DNA of 64,000 bases from Jatrophihabitans sp. (GCA_051000605.1 JBPCOE010000118.1:16682-80681), one strand, 5' to 3'. Shown: positions 20,151 to 30,306, counted from the stretch's first letter. Numbers and translations: made by a program. The notes: generated by a model not told the origin, from the sequence alone.

Positions 20151-21773
20151 TCAGCGGCCGTCGCGCGCGACGCGAGTCTCGTCGAACACCGGCTCGGTCG
20201 ACTCGTAGACTCGCCCGTCCGCTCCGAAGATCAGGAACCGGTCGAAGGACCGCGCGAACCAGCGGTCGTGCGTGACCGCCAGCACGGTACCGTCGAACGC
20301 CGCCAACGCCGCTTCGAGCGCCTCCGCGCTGAGCACGTCGAGGTTGTCCGTCGGCTCGTCGAGCAGCAGTAACGTGGCCCCGGAGAGTTCGAGCAGCAGG
20401 ATCTGAAACCGCGCCTGCTGGCCGCCGGACAACGTCCCGAACAGCTGCTCGGCCTGCGACCCGAGCCCGAAGCGCCGCAGGATCGACATCGCGCGGCCGC
20501 GGTCGAGGCCGCGCCGGTCCTCGCCACCGTCCCAGAGCATCTCGATCAATGTCCGACCGATCCACGAGGCGTGTGCGTGCGTCTGGGCGAAGTGCCCGGG
20601 TACGACCCGAGCGCCGAGCCGGCACGATCCGGTGTGCGCGACGCCCTGCCCCCCGAGCAACCGCAGGAAGTGCGACTTGCCGGCGCCGTTCGCGCCCAGC
20701 ACGCCGACGCGTTCGCCGTAGTAGATCTCGCTGTCGAACGGACGCATCAAGCCGCTCAGCTCCAGCTGCGCGCAGGTCACCGCGCGCACGCCGGTACGTC
20801 CGCCACGCAGGCGCATCGTCACCTTCTCGTCCGCGGGCTTGTCCGGCGGCGCCCCCGCCGCTTCGAACCGCTCGAGCCGACGCGCGGTCACGCGGTACTT
20901 CTGTGCCATCACCTCGCTGATCCGCGCCTGGATCTTCAGAGTCTGGACGAGATCCTTCAGCCGCGCGTGCTCCTCGTCCCACCGGCGACGCAGCTCGGCC
21001 ATCCGATCGTGCCGTTTCGAACGCGCGTCGTGGTAGGACGCAAAGCCGCCGCCGTGCACCCAGGTCGTTCCGCCCTCCACGGTGATCACCCGGTCGGCGA
21101 CGGTGGCCAGCAGCTCGCGGTCGTGGCTGACGAACAGCACCGTCTTGGCCGTGTCCTGCAGACGGTGTTCCAACCAGCGTTTGCCGGGGACGTCGAGGTA
21201 GTTGTCCGGCTCGTCGAGCAGCAGCACCTCGTCGCGTCCGCGCAGCAGCAGTTCGAGCGCGAGCCGCTTCTGCTCGCCGCCGGACAGCGTGGTCAGCTCG
21301 CGGTACTTGCAGCCCTCGTAGGGGATGCCGACGGCGGCGACGGTCACGGTGTCCCACAGCACCTCGGCGTCGTACCCGCCGGCGTCGCCCCACTCGGTGA
21401 TCGCGTGGGCGTACGCGAGCTGGGTCGTCTCGTCGTCGTGCTCCATCATGGCCAGCTCGGCGGCCTGCAGGTCGTCCCACGCTTTCTGCACCGGAAGGGA
21501 ACCGAGCCGCACCAGGAAGTCCTGGACGGTTGTGCTGTCCCGTACCGAACCGATGAACTGCCGCATGACGCCGACGCCGCCGACCCGCGTGATCGTGCCC
21601 GTCTGCGGCCGCTCGTCACCGGCGATCAGGCGCAGCAAGGTGGTCTTTCCGGCGCCGTTCGCACCGATCAGCGCTGCCTTGACGCCGTCACCGACGCGGA
21701 AGCTGGCACCGCCGAGCAGCATCCGCCCGTCGGGCAGGACGTGCCCGATGCCGGCCGTCTCGACGTATCCCAT
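20151..21773 (-). CDS. ABC-F family ATP-binding protein
   Basis: Two ATPase domains (GANGAGKT/GANGAGKS, LSGG, LLLDEP) with a helical linker; no TM segments. Confidence 0.92.
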   Translation of the reverse strand: MGYVETAGIGHVLPDGRMLLGGASFRVGDGVKAALIGANGAGKTTLLRLIAGDERPQTGTITRVGGVGVMRQFIGSVRDSTTVQDFLVRLGSLPVQKAWDDLQAAELAMMEHDDETTQLAYAHAITEWGDAGGYDAEVLWDTVTVAAVGIPYEGCKYRELTTLSGGEQKRLALELLLRGRDEVLLLDEPDNYLDVPGKRWLEHRLQDTAKTVLFVSHDRELLATVADRVITVEGGTTWVHGGGFASYHDARSKRHDRMAELRRRWDEEHARLKDLVQTLKIQARISEVMAQKYRVTARRLERFEAAGAPPDKPADEKVTMRLRGGRTGVRAVTCAQLELSGLMRPFDSEIYYGERVGVLGANGAGKSHFLRLLGGQGVAHTGSCRLGARVVPGHFAQTHAHASWIGRTLIEMLWDGGEDRRGLDRGRAMSILRRFGLGSQAEQLFGTLSGGQQARFQILLLELSGATLLLLDEPTDNLDVLSAEALEAALAAFDGTVLAVTHDRWFARSFDRFLIFGADGRVYESTEPVFDETRVARDGR

Positions 21774-21828
21774 GCGTCCAGTGTCGACGAGCGGGCGCGA
21801 TGCACCCCGGCGAGGGCAGAATCGAGGC

Positions 21829-23208
21829 ATGCCGCCCGCCACAGTGCCTCTCGCCGAGCTGATCGATCTCCTTGCCGACGGGAGCGTGCTGACCGACCCC
21901 GACGTCGTCGCGACCTACCGGCAGGACTGGGCGCGTGACCCCGATGCCGGTACGCCGCTCGCCGTGGTCCGGGCCACGTCCACCGCCGACGTCCAGGCCA
22001 CCATGCGCTGGGCGACGAAGCACAGGGTGCCGGTCGTGCCGCGGGGCGCCGGGTCGAGCCTGTCCGGCGGCTCCAGCGGCGTCGAAGGCGGCATCACGCT
22101 ATCCATGGAGCGCATGCGCGACATCACGATCGACGCCGTCACCCGGGTGGCGGTCGCGCAGCCGGGGGCGCTGAACGCCGCGGTGAAAGCGGCGGCCGCA
22201 CAGCACGGGTTCTGGTACCCGCCGGACCCGTCGTCGTTCGAGATCTGCTCCATCGGCGGCAACGCCGCGACGAACGCCGGCGGGTTGTGCTGCGTGAAGT
22301 ACGGCGTCACCACCGACTACGTCCTCGGCCTGCTGGTCGTCCTGGCCGACGGCACCGCCGTGCGCCTCGGGGGCCCGCGGTTGAAGGACGTCGCAGGGCT
22401 GTCACTGACCAAGCTGTTCGTCGGCTCCGAGGGCACGCTGGGCGTGATCACCGAGGTGACGCTGCGTCTACTCCCCGCTCCCCCTCCGGCGTCCACCCTG
22501 GTGGCGACGTTCGCCTCCGTCGAGGCGGCCGCCGACGCCGTCGTGGCGATCACCGCGACGCTGCGGCCTTCGATGCTCGAACTGATGGACAACGGCAGCA
22601 TCAACGCCGTCGAGGACCTGGTGAGGATGGGCCTGGACCGCACGGCGGGAGCATTGCTCCTCGCGCGCTCGGACGCACCCGGCGCGGCCGCGGCAGCTGA
22701 GATCGCGCTCATCGATCAGGCGTGCTCGGCGAACGGCTCTGTCGAAGTCTTCTCGACCGACGACGCCGACGAGGGCGAGGCGTTCGCGGCGGCCCGGCGG
22801 GCTGCGTTCCCGGCCATGGAGAAGTTCGGGACGCTCCTGCTCGAGGACGTCGGCGTGGCCGTGCCGGAACTGCCCGCGCTGGTGCACGGCATCCGCGAGA
22901 TCGCTGACCGACTCGACACGCACATCGTCGTTGTCGCGCACGCCGGCGACGGCAACACGCACCCGATCATCGCCTACCCGCCGACCGACACCGACGCCGA
23001 AAAGCGCGCGCGGGTGGCGTTCGGCGACGTCATGGATCTCGCGCTGTCCCTCGGCGGGACGATCACCGGCGAGCACGGGGTCGGCCGGCTCAAGACCGCC
23101 TGGCTGCCGGAGCAGCTGGGCCCGGACGTCATGGCGCTCACCCGCCGGATCAAGGACGCGCTCGACCCGGACGGCATCCTCAACCCCGGCGTCGTCCTCG
23201 GCGCCTGA
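21829..23208 (+). CDS. FAD-linked oxidase (GlcD / D-lactate dehydrogenase-like)
   Basis: PRGAGSSLSGG, PPDPSS, GGNAATNAGG, HAGDGNTH, GEHGVG motifs. Confidence 0.92.
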   Translation: MPPATVPLAELIDLLADGSVLTDPDVVATYRQDWARDPDAGTPLAVVRATSTADVQATMRWATKHRVPVVPRGAGSSLSGGSSGVEGGITLSMERMRDITIDAVTRVAVAQPGALNAAVKAAAAQHGFWYPPDPSSFEICSIGGNAATNAGGLCCVKYGVTTDYVLGLLVVLADGTAVRLGGPRLKDVAGLSLTKLFVGSEGTLGVITEVTLRLLPAPPPASTLVATFASVEAAADAVVAITATLRPSMLELMDNGSINAVEDLVRMGLDRTAGALLLARSDAPGAAAAAEIALIDQACSANGSVEVFSTDDADEGEAFAAARRAAFPAMEKFGTLLLEDVGVAVPELPALVHGIREIADRLDTHIVVVAHAGDGNTHPIIAYPPTDTDAEKRARVAFGDVMDLALSLGGTITGEHGVGRLKTAWLPEQLGPDVMALTRRIKDALDPDGILNPGVVLGA

Positions 23209-23255
23209 CGTAGCGCCTGCGAAACTGACCGGCACGTTCGGCATACTTCGCAACC

Positions 23256-23906
23256 GTGACCACGTCGGTGTTGCTCTTCGTGCTCGCCGGCGTCGTCGCG
23301 GTGGCGGACTGGATCGCGGTCGACGGCCGGCTGTTCCGACTCGAGTACGTGTTCAAACCGGCGACCATCGCGCTGCTGCTCGCCGCGACCGTAACCGCGC
23401 ACCTCGGCGCGGCCGAACCGTGGGTGGTCGCCGCCCTCGCCCTCGGACTGATCGGCGACGTCGGCCTGATGCTCGCAGGCGACGGTGCGCCCGACCTGCC
23501 GTTCGTCGCCGGTCTGGGCGCGTTCCTGCTCGGGCATCTCTGCTACCTTGTGGCGTTCGTCCGGTTCGGGATCCAGGCCGTCCCGGTCTTCGCCGGCCTC
23601 CTGGTCGTCGGCGGCATCGCTGGGCTGTCGCTGCCGCAGGTGCTGCGCGGCGCCGCACGCGTAGCCGGGCGCAACTTCGCCGTGGTCGTCGGGGTCTACG
23701 CCGGCGTCCTCGGGCTGATGGCCGTGTTCGCCGTCGGCACCCAGCTCGTCGCGACCGCGCTCGGTGGCCTGCTGTTCCTGATCTCGGACACCCTCATCGC
23801 GCGCGGGCGGTTCGTCGCGCCCGTGCCGCGCGGTCCGCTGCCGATCATCGTGACGTACCACCTCGCGCAGTTCCTGATCGTCCTCGGCCTCGTCCGCACG
23901 TTCTGA
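23256..23906 (+). CDS. YhhN family lysoplasmalogenase
   Basis: Multi-TM; FKP, GDVGL, FLLGHLCY, LFLISDTLIA, TYHLAQ motifs. Confidence 0.85.
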   Translation: MTTSVLLFVLAGVVAVADWIAVDGRLFRLEYVFKPATIALLLAATVTAHLGAAEPWVVAALALGLIGDVGLMLAGDGAPDLPFVAGLGAFLLGHLCYLVAFVRFGIQAVPVFAGLLVVGGIAGLSLPQVLRGAARVAGRNFAVVVGVYAGVLGLMAVFAVGTQLVATALGGLLFLISDTLIARGRFVAPVPRGPLPIIVTYHLAQFLIVLGLVRTF

Positions 23907-23930
23907 ACGCGGCTCTCTACGCTCGGGACC

Positions 23931-24512
23931 ATGCCTCGCCGCCCGTCGCGCACCGCCCCTGTCCTCGTGCTGCACGGCATGGCCGGCCCGCGTCCGGACG
24001 CCTGGTACTCCCTCGTCGCCGACGAGCTGCGTGGGAGCGATCGGGAGGTCCGCATCCCGGTGCTGCCGGACTCCGCAGCGCCGGTCCTGGCCGACTGGCT
24101 GGCGGCGCTGGACACCGCCCTCGCCGGACTGCCGGATGTCGGCTTCGACGTCGTCGCGCACTCGACCGGCGCGCTGCTGTGGCTGCACCACGCCGTGCGC
24201 GACATCGGCCTGCCCCGCCCCGACCGGGTGGCTCTCGTGGCACCGGCGAGCGGCAAGCACATCGCGCCGCCGACATTCCAGCGCGTCCCACTGGACACCA
24301 GCGCCGTACGGCGGGCCGCAGAGGGCACGGTACTGGTCGGCGGTGACGACGACCCGCTGTGCCCCGAGGGCATCGCCACGGCCTACGGCGTGCCGCTGAA
24401 GATGGCGACGACGGTGATCGAGGGCGGTGGTCACCTCAATCCCGAATCGGGCTACGGGCCCTGGCCGGCGATGCTCGACTGGCTACGTCGCGACAAGCTC
24501 GCGTTCTTCTGA
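23931..24512 (+). CDS. RBBP9/YdeN family alpha/beta hydrolase
   Basis: LVLHG, AHSTG nucleophile, DDPLC, GGHLN. Confidence 0.85.
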   Translation: MPRRPSRTAPVLVLHGMAGPRPDAWYSLVADELRGSDREVRIPVLPDSAAPVLADWLAALDTALAGLPDVGFDVVAHSTGALLWLHHAVRDIGLPRPDRVALVAPASGKHIAPPTFQRVPLDTSAVRRAAEGTVLVGGDDDPLCPEGIATAYGVPLKMATTVIEGGGHLNPESGYGPWPAMLDWLRRDKLAFF

Positions 24513-25367
24513 CCGCGCCGCCGGTGTCCAGCCGGGCGGTCCGAACAGGTAGCCGAACCGCTCGGGCCACGTCGCGCTACGGCGTACATCGCGGGCGATT
24601 GCGGCGTACTCGTGGTACTGCAGCCGGAACGGGTTGTAGCTGTCGACGTTCTTGGTGAGCCCGTACGTCGGTCGGTGCTGCTCCTGCGCGTACGAGCCGA
24701 ACATCCGGTCCCAGAGAATCAGGATCCCGGCGTAGTTCTTGTCGAGGTATTCCTTGTCGCTGGCGTGGTGGACGCGGTGGTGCGACGGGGTGTTGAACAC
24801 GAACTCGACCGGGCGCCACATGCGGTCGATGCGCTCGGTGTGCACGAAGAACTGGAAGATCAAGTTCACCGAGAAGGACGTGAAGACGAGCCACGGCGGC
24901 AGTCCGAGCAGCGGCAACGGCACCCAGACGATCAGCTCCCACCACGGGTTCCACTTCTGCCTGACGGCGGTCGAGAGGTTGAACCGCTGGCTGTTGTGGT
25001 GGGCCTGGTGCGCGGCCCACAGGATCCGCACCCGGTGCGCGGCACGGTGCTCGGCGTAGAACAGCAGGTCCACGACGAGCAGCGCGAACACCCAGGTGTA
25101 CCAGCGGTGTGCGTCCAACTTGAGCGGGGTCAGCACGTACAGCGCGGCATACCCCACCAGCGCGGCAACGCGGGCCGCGCCGTTCACGATCAGCGAGCCC
25201 AAGCCCATGATCATGTTTGTGCGGGTGTCGCGGTACTCGTAGGCGCCGTCGCCTGGCTCCGCGCCGTCGTCGAGAAACTTCAGCGATGCGATCTCGAGTG
25301 CGATGAACGCGGCGAATACCGGGATCGCGAAGATCACCGGATCGCGCAGGCTTTGCGTGAACGACAC
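24483..25367 (-). CDS. sterol desaturase/fatty-acid hydroxylase family, alkylglycerol monooxygenase-like
   Basis: Eight-His motif: HRAAH, HQAHH, HTE, TPSHHRVHH; NLSTAVRQ; DKNYAGILILWD. Confidence 0.88.
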   Translation of the reverse strand: MSFTQSLRDPVIFAIPVFAAFIALEIASLKFLDDGAEPGDGAYEYRDTRTNMIMGLGSLIVNGAARVAALVGYAALYVLTPLKLDAHRWYTWVFALLVVDLLFYAEHRAAHRVRILWAAHQAHHNSQRFNLSTAVRQKWNPWWELIVWVPLPLLGLPPWLVFTSFSVNLIFQFFVHTERIDRMWRPVEFVFNTPSHHRVHHASDKEYLDKNYAGILILWDRMFGSYAQEQHRPTYGLTKNVDSYNPFRLQYHEYAAIARDVRRSATWPERFGYLFGPPGWTPAARSEERELVAT

Positions 25368-25426
25368 CGTCCGGACCTCCCGTTCTGACTAACTTACTCT
25401 TGAGTCACTTACCGTAGGGTAAGATC

Positions 25427-26038
25427 GTGTCTGTGTCCAGCCCGGCGGTCATCGGCACCAAAGGGGTGCCCCGCCGCGAGCGCGAGGAACAGATCGTCAC
25501 GGTGGCCGTCGCCGAGTTCGCCCGGCGCGGCTACGCGCGGGCCTCGGTGCTCGACATCGCCCGCCAGGCGGGTATCTCGAAGCCGTTGATCTACCAGTAC
25601 TTCGGGTCCAAGGACGGGCTGTACCTCGCCTGCCTGCATCACGTCGCCGGCGGCCTGCTCGCCCGGCTCGACGAGGCCGAACTCGCCGTCGACGACAGCG
25701 TCGCCTCGCGGATCTACCCGCTGCGCGCCGTCTTCGAAGCCCTGGAACCGCAGCGCGACGCCTGGCGGCTCCTCTTCGACACATCCATGCCCGCCTCCGG
25801 GCCCATTCCGGCGGCGGCAGGCGACTATCAGGCCCGCACCACCGAGCTGGCCGCGAGCGGGTCGGAGCGCTTCCTGCGCGCGCGGGGCATCCGCAACGCC
25901 GCTGACGCCGCTGCCCTCACCACGATCTGGATGGGCCTGGTCAACTCGCTGGTCAGCTGGTGGCTGGAGCATCCGGAGGAATCCGCCGACGACATGACCG
26001 CCCGCTGCGCCCGGCTCCTCAGTGCGATCCTGGGCTGA
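25427..26038 (+). CDS. TetR/AcrR family regulator
   Basis: N-terminal HTH (IARQAGISKPLIYQYFGSKDGLY); divergent from the desaturase. Confidence 0.92.
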   Translation: MSVSSPAVIGTKGVPRREREEQIVTVAVAEFARRGYARASVLDIARQAGISKPLIYQYFGSKDGLYLACLHHVAGGLLARLDEAELAVDDSVASRIYPLRAVFEALEPQRDAWRLLFDTSMPASGPIPAAAGDYQARTTELAASGSERFLRARGIRNAADAAALTTIWMGLVNSLVSWWLEHPEESADDMTARCARLLSAILG

Positions 26039-26197
26039 CGTCGCGCCTGCCGCCACTGCCCAGGTGGGACAATCGTGAAGACGAAGACGGCGGCGCTATG
26101 GCTGCACCGCCACTACAGGCACCGCTTCCCCAGCCCTCGATGATCTTGGCCAAACCTGACGAATCTGCACGGTACCGAGATCATCGCGGGGTGAGGG

Positions 26198-26983
26198 TTA
26201 GCGGCGGGCGCGGGTTCGTTCGGCGCGGGTGGCCAGCTCGTCGTCCGGCGGATAGCCGACCTCGACCAGCGTCAGTCCGTGGGGCGGCGCCACGGTCACC
26301 TCGTTCGCGCGCTGAGCGAGCGTGAGCAGGGACGCGGGCCAGCCGACCGGTCGCCGTCCGTCGCCGACAGCCAGCAGGGCCCCGACCAGCGAGCGCACCA
26401 TCGAGTGGCAGAAGGCGTCGGCGACGAGGGTGCAGACGATTTCGTCACCGGTGCGCCGGACCGCGAAGTGCTGCAGCGTACGGACGGTCGTCGCGCCTTC
26501 CCGACGCTTGCAAAAGGCCGCGAAATCATTCAGTCCGACCAGCCGGCGCGCGGCTGCGTCCATCGCCAGGTCATCCAGCGGACGCCGCCAGGCGAGTACA
26601 TACCACCGCCGCAACGGGTTCGCGCCGACCGGCGCGTCAGTGATGACGTACTCGTAGCGTCGCCACAGTGCACCGAAGCGCGCGTCGAAGGCGGCGGGGA
26701 CGGAGGTGATCGCAGTGATCCGGACGTCCCGCGCCAGCATCCTGTTCACCCGGCGCAGCAGCCCGGGCGCCGGTTCGGTGGGCAGGTCGAGATGCGCCAC
26801 CTGACCGGTGGCGTGCACGCCGGCGTCGGTGCGTCCGGCGACGGTCAAGGTGACGCCGGGCAGGCGCAGGACGGTCGAGAGCACCGTTTCGAGTTCGCCC
26901 TGCACCGTGCGCCGGCCGGGCTGGACGGCCCAACCGGAGAAGTCCGTCCCGTCGTAGGAAACGTCGAGGCGGACCCGCGGCAG
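26198..26983 (-). CDS. truA: tRNA pseudouridine(38-40) synthase TruA (start codon uncertain)
   Basis: RLDVSYDGTDFSGW, AGRTDAGVHA, FCHSMVR, APPHGL; the frame extends upstream of the first GTG (26905). Confidence 0.93.
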   Translation of the reverse strand: MPRVRLDVSYDGTDFSGWAVQPGRRTVQGELETVLSTVLRLPGVTLTVAGRTDAGVHATGQVAHLDLPTEPAPGLLRRVNRMLARDVRITAITSVPAAFDARFGALWRRYEYVITDAPVGANPLRRWYVLAWRRPLDDLAMDAAARRLVGLNDFAAFCKRREGATTVRTLQHFAVRRTGDEIVCTLVADAFCHSMVRSLVGALLAVGDGRRPVGWPASLLTLAQRANEVTVAPPHGLTLVEVGYPPDDELATRAERTRARR

Positions 26984-27015
26984 CGGGCCCGCCTCGATCG
27001 TGCGGTCGTGCAGGG

Positions 27016-27696
27016 TTACTTCTCGTCGGCCGGCTTGGCGGCGTCCTGGGCGCCGGCCTCGGGATCGCCGATGGTCTCGGCCTCCGCGTCGGCGGCGTCC
27101 TCGGCCTCGTCGTCGGACAGCCCGATCGCGGCCAGGCCGCCTTCGTCCTCGCCGCCCTCATACGACTCCTCGGCGGCAGAGATCTCGGACGGCTGTTCGG
27201 TGACGTCGTCGGCGACGGCCGCCGCGGTGGCCGACTCGGCCGCTGCGTCCTCGGCGATCTCCCTGGTGCGTCCGGTAGGCGCCTTCGACGCGGCGAACCT
27301 GGTGCCGCGGGCCTTCTCCGCCTCGGAGGTGGCCGACCTCAGCTCCTCGACGATCTCGATAACCGCCATCGGCGCGTTGTCGCCCTTCCGCGGGTTGGTC
27401 TTGATGATCCGCGTGTAGCCGCCGGGACGGTTCGCCATCTTCGGGCCGATCTCGGCGAACAGCTTGTGCACGACGTCCTTGTCGCGGATCACGGTCATCA
27501 CCTGACGGCGGGCGTGCAGGTCACCGCGCTTCGCGAAGGTGATCAGGCGCTCGGCCAGCGGACGCAGCCGCTTGGCCTTGGCCTCGGTCGTGGTGATGCG
27601 ATCGTGCTCGAACAGCGAGGTCGCCAGGTTCGCCAGCATCAGCCGCTCGTGTGCGGGGCTGCCGCCGAGGCGCGTCCCCTTGGTGGGCGTAGGCAT
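27016..27696 (-). CDS. rplQ: 50S ribosomal protein L17 with long acidic tail
   Basis: [32 protein letters not shown]. Confidence 0.97.
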   Translation of the reverse strand: MPTPTKGTRLGGSPAHERLMLANLATSLFEHDRITTTEAKAKRLRPLAERLITFAKRGDLHARRQVMTVIRDKDVVHKLFAEIGPKMANRPGGYTRIIKTNPRKGDNAPMAVIEIVEELRSATSEAEKARGTRFAASKAPTGRTREIAEDAAAESATAAAVADDVTEQPSEISAAEESYEGGEDEGGLAAIGLSDDEAEDAADAEAETIGDPEAGAQDAAKPADEK

Positions 27697-27732
27697 CTTG
27701 TCGTGCTCCTATGGGTGGGTTGCGAGCCGGCT

Positions 27733-28758
27733 CTAGAGCTGCTCGGTCTCGGCGTAGTCGGTGTCGTCGGGGAAGTCGTCGTCACCGTAGGACTCGACCG
27801 AGGACGGCGGGGTGAACCCGGGCGGGCTGTCCTTGAGCCCCAGACCCAGCCCGTGCAGCTTGACCTTCACCTCGTCGATCGACTTGGAGCCGAAGTTGCG
27901 GATGTCGAGCAGGTCGGCCTCGCTGCGGCCCACGAGCTCACCCACGGTGTGGATGCCCTCGCGCTTGAGGCAGTTGTACGAGCGGACCGTCAGGTCGAGG
28001 TCCTCGATCGGCATCGAGAACGCGGCCAGGTCGGCGACCTCGGTCGGCGACGGGCCGACGTCGATGCCCTCGGCCTCCTCGTTCAGCTCACGGAACAGGC
28101 CGAACAGCTCGACCAGGGTGTGACCGGCCGACGCGACCGCGTCGCGCGGCGTCATCGAGGACTTGGTCTCGATGTCGACCACGAGCCGGTCGAAGTCGGT
28201 GCGTTGCTCGACCCGCGTCGCCTCGACGGCGTAGGTGACCTTGAGCACGGGCGAGTAGATGGAGTCCACCGGGATGCGGCCGATCTCCTGGCCGGCCTGC
28301 TTGTTCTGCGTTGCAGTGACGTAGCCACGGCCCCGCTCGACGACCAGCTCGATCTCCAGGCGGCCCTTCTTGTTGATCGTGGCGATGTGCAGATCCGGGT
28401 TGTGGACGGTGACACCGGCGGGCGGTGCGATGTCGGCGGCGGTGACGTCGCCGGGGCCCTGCTTTCGCAGGTACATCACGACCGGTTCGTCGCTCTCGGA
28501 GCTGACGACGAGTTCCTTCAGGTTCAAGATGACGTCGGTGACGTCCTCCTTGACGCCTTCGACGGTGGTGAACTCGTGCAGGACGCCGTCGATGCGGATG
28601 CTGGTGACCGCCGCCCCCGGGATGGACGAGAGCAGCGTGCGACGCAGCGAGTTGCCGAGCGTGTAGCCGAAGCCGGGCTCGAGGGGTTCGATGATGAACT
28701 TCGACCGGCTGTCGTTGATCGTTTCCTCGGCGAGCGAGGGGCGCTGAGAGATCAGCAC
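27733..28758 (-). CDS. rpoA: RNA polymerase alpha subunit
   Basis: [28 protein letters not shown]. Confidence 0.99.
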   Translation of the reverse strand: MLISQRPSLAEETINDSRSKFIIEPLEPGFGYTLGNSLRRTLLSSIPGAAVTSIRIDGVLHEFTTVEGVKEDVTDVILNLKELVVSSESDEPVVMYLRKQGPGDVTAADIAPPAGVTVHNPDLHIATINKKGRLEIELVVERGRGYVTATQNKQAGQEIGRIPVDSIYSPVLKVTYAVEATRVEQRTDFDRLVVDIETKSSMTPRDAVASAGHTLVELFGLFRELNEEAEGIDVGPSPTEVADLAAFSMPIEDLDLTVRSYNCLKREGIHTVGELVGRSEADLLDIRNFGSKSIDEVKVKLHGLGLGLKDSPPGFTPPSSVESYGDDDFPDDTDYAETEQL

Positions 28759-28810
28759 AGGTGTTTCTCCTTAGATCGTGGATCCCCGCTATATGAGATC
28801 CGACGGTTTT

Positions 28811-28871
28811 CCTCCCGAGTTGCCGCTCTCGGCTGCGCTGCGGCGCCGCGAAGAGTGGACACCTCGGGAGG
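28811..28871. repeat. intergenic stem-loop between rpsD and rpoA
   Basis: cctcccgag...ctcgggagg outer inverted repeat with inner GC palindromes. Confidence 0.5.
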
Positions 28872-28878
28872 CAAGCAG

Positions 28879-29484
28879 CTACTTGGAGTAGAGCTCGACG
28901 ATCAGCTGTTCCTGGACCGGGATGTCGATCTGGGCGCGGACCGGCAGCTGGTGCACGAGCACCCGGAGCCGGTTCGGCACGACCTGCAGCCAGGCGGGGA
29001 CGGGGCGATCGCCCTGGGTCTCCTTGGCGATCAGGAACGGCGTGGTCTCGAGCGACTTCGGCTTCACGTCGATGATGTCGTACGGCGTGACGCGGTAGCT
29101 CGGAATGTCGACCTTGTGGCCGTTGACCTGGAAGTGGCCGTGGTTGACCAGCTGCCGGGCCTGACGACGCGTGCGGGCGATGCCGGCGCGATAGACGACG
29201 TTGTCCAGACGCGACTCGAGGATCTGCAGCAGGTTGTCACCCGTCTTGCCCTGACCACGGGTCGCTTCCTCGTAGTAGCGACGGAACTGCTTCTCGAGCA
29301 CGCCGTAGCTGTACTTCGCCTTCTGCTTCTCCTGCAGCTGCAGGAGGTACTCACTTTGCTTGATGCGGGCACGGCCGTGCTGGCCGGGCGGGTACGGACG
29401 CCGCTCGAAGGATGCGTCACCACCCACGAGGTCGACGTTGAGGCGACGCGAGATCCGCGTCGCGGGACCGGTGTAACGAGCCAT
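28879..29484 (-). CDS. rpsD: 30S ribosomal protein S4
   Basis: MARYTGP, PPGQHG, LESRLDNVVYR. Confidence 0.98.
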   Translation of the reverse strand: MARYTGPATRISRRLNVDLVGGDASFERRPYPPGQHGRARIKQSEYLLQLQEKQKAKYSYGVLEKQFRRYYEEATRGQGKTGDNLLQILESRLDNVVYRAGIARTRRQARQLVNHGHFQVNGHKVDIPSYRVTPYDIIDVKPKSLETTPFLIAKETQGDRPVPAWLQVVPNRLRVLVHQLPVRAQIDIPVQEQLIVELYSK

Positions 29485-29521
29485 GACTAAATACCCCTGT
29501 TCATTCCGCAAGCTGCATTCA

Positions 29522-29926
29522 TCAGACCCTCCGACGCTTCGGCGGACGGCAGCCGTTGTGCGGCTGCGGGGTGACGTCTGCGATGTTGCCGACCTCGAGG
29601 CCGGCGGCGGTCAGGGAACGAATCGCCGTCTCGCGGCCCGAGCCCGGGCCCTTGACGAAGACGTCGACCTTCTTGACGCCGTGCTCCTGTGCCTTGCGCG
29701 CGGCGCTCTCGGCCGCCATCTGCGCCGCGAACGGCGTCGACTTGCGTGAACCCTTGAACCCGACGTGCCCGGCCGATGCCCAGCTCAGGACGTTGCCCTG
29801 AGGGTCGGTGATCGAGACGATCGTGTTGTTGAACGTGGACTTGATGTGCGCCTGGCCGAAGGTGACGTTCTTCTTCTCCTTGCGGCGGACCTTCTTGGCC
29901 CCGGCCTTTCTAGCCTGACCCGGCAT
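29522..29926 (-). CDS. rpsK: 30S ribosomal protein S11
   Basis: [28 protein letters not shown]. Confidence 0.98.
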   Translation of the reverse strand: MPGQARKAGAKKVRRKEKKNVTFGQAHIKSTFNNTIVSITDPQGNVLSWASAGHVGFKGSRKSTPFAAQMAAESAARKAQEHGVKKVDVFVKGPGSGRETAIRSLTAAGLEVGNIADVTPQPHNGCRPPKRRRV

Positions 29927-30306
29927 TACTTCTTACCTGCCTTCTTCTTGCCCGCAATGGTCTTCTTCGCACCCTTGCGCGTACGGGCGTTCGTCTTGGT
30001 GCGCTGACCGTGGACCGGCAGGCCGCGACGGTGGCGAACGCCCTCGTAACAGCCGATCTCGATCTTGCGACGGATGTCGGCGGCGACCTCACGGCGAAGG
30101 TCGCCCTCGACGCGGTAGTTCGCATCGATGTGATCGCGCAGCCTGACGACGTCGTCGTCGGAGAGGTCACGGACGCGAAGGTCCGGGCTGACGCCGGTAG
30201 CCTCGAGGGTCTGCTTGGCTCGGGTACGGCCCATACCGTAGATGTAGGTGAGTGCGATCTCCAGCCGCTTCTCGCGGGGGAGGTCGACACCGGAAAGACG
30301 TGCCAT
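29926..30306 (-). CDS. rpsM: 30S ribosomal protein S13
   Basis: [27 protein letters not shown]. Confidence 0.98.
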   Translation of the reverse strand: MARLSGVDLPREKRLEIALTYIYGMGRTRAKQTLEATGVSPDLRVRDLSDDDVVRLRDHIDANYRVEGDLRREVAADIRRKIEIGCYEGVRHRRGLPVHGQRTKTNARTRKGAKKTIAGKKKAGKK

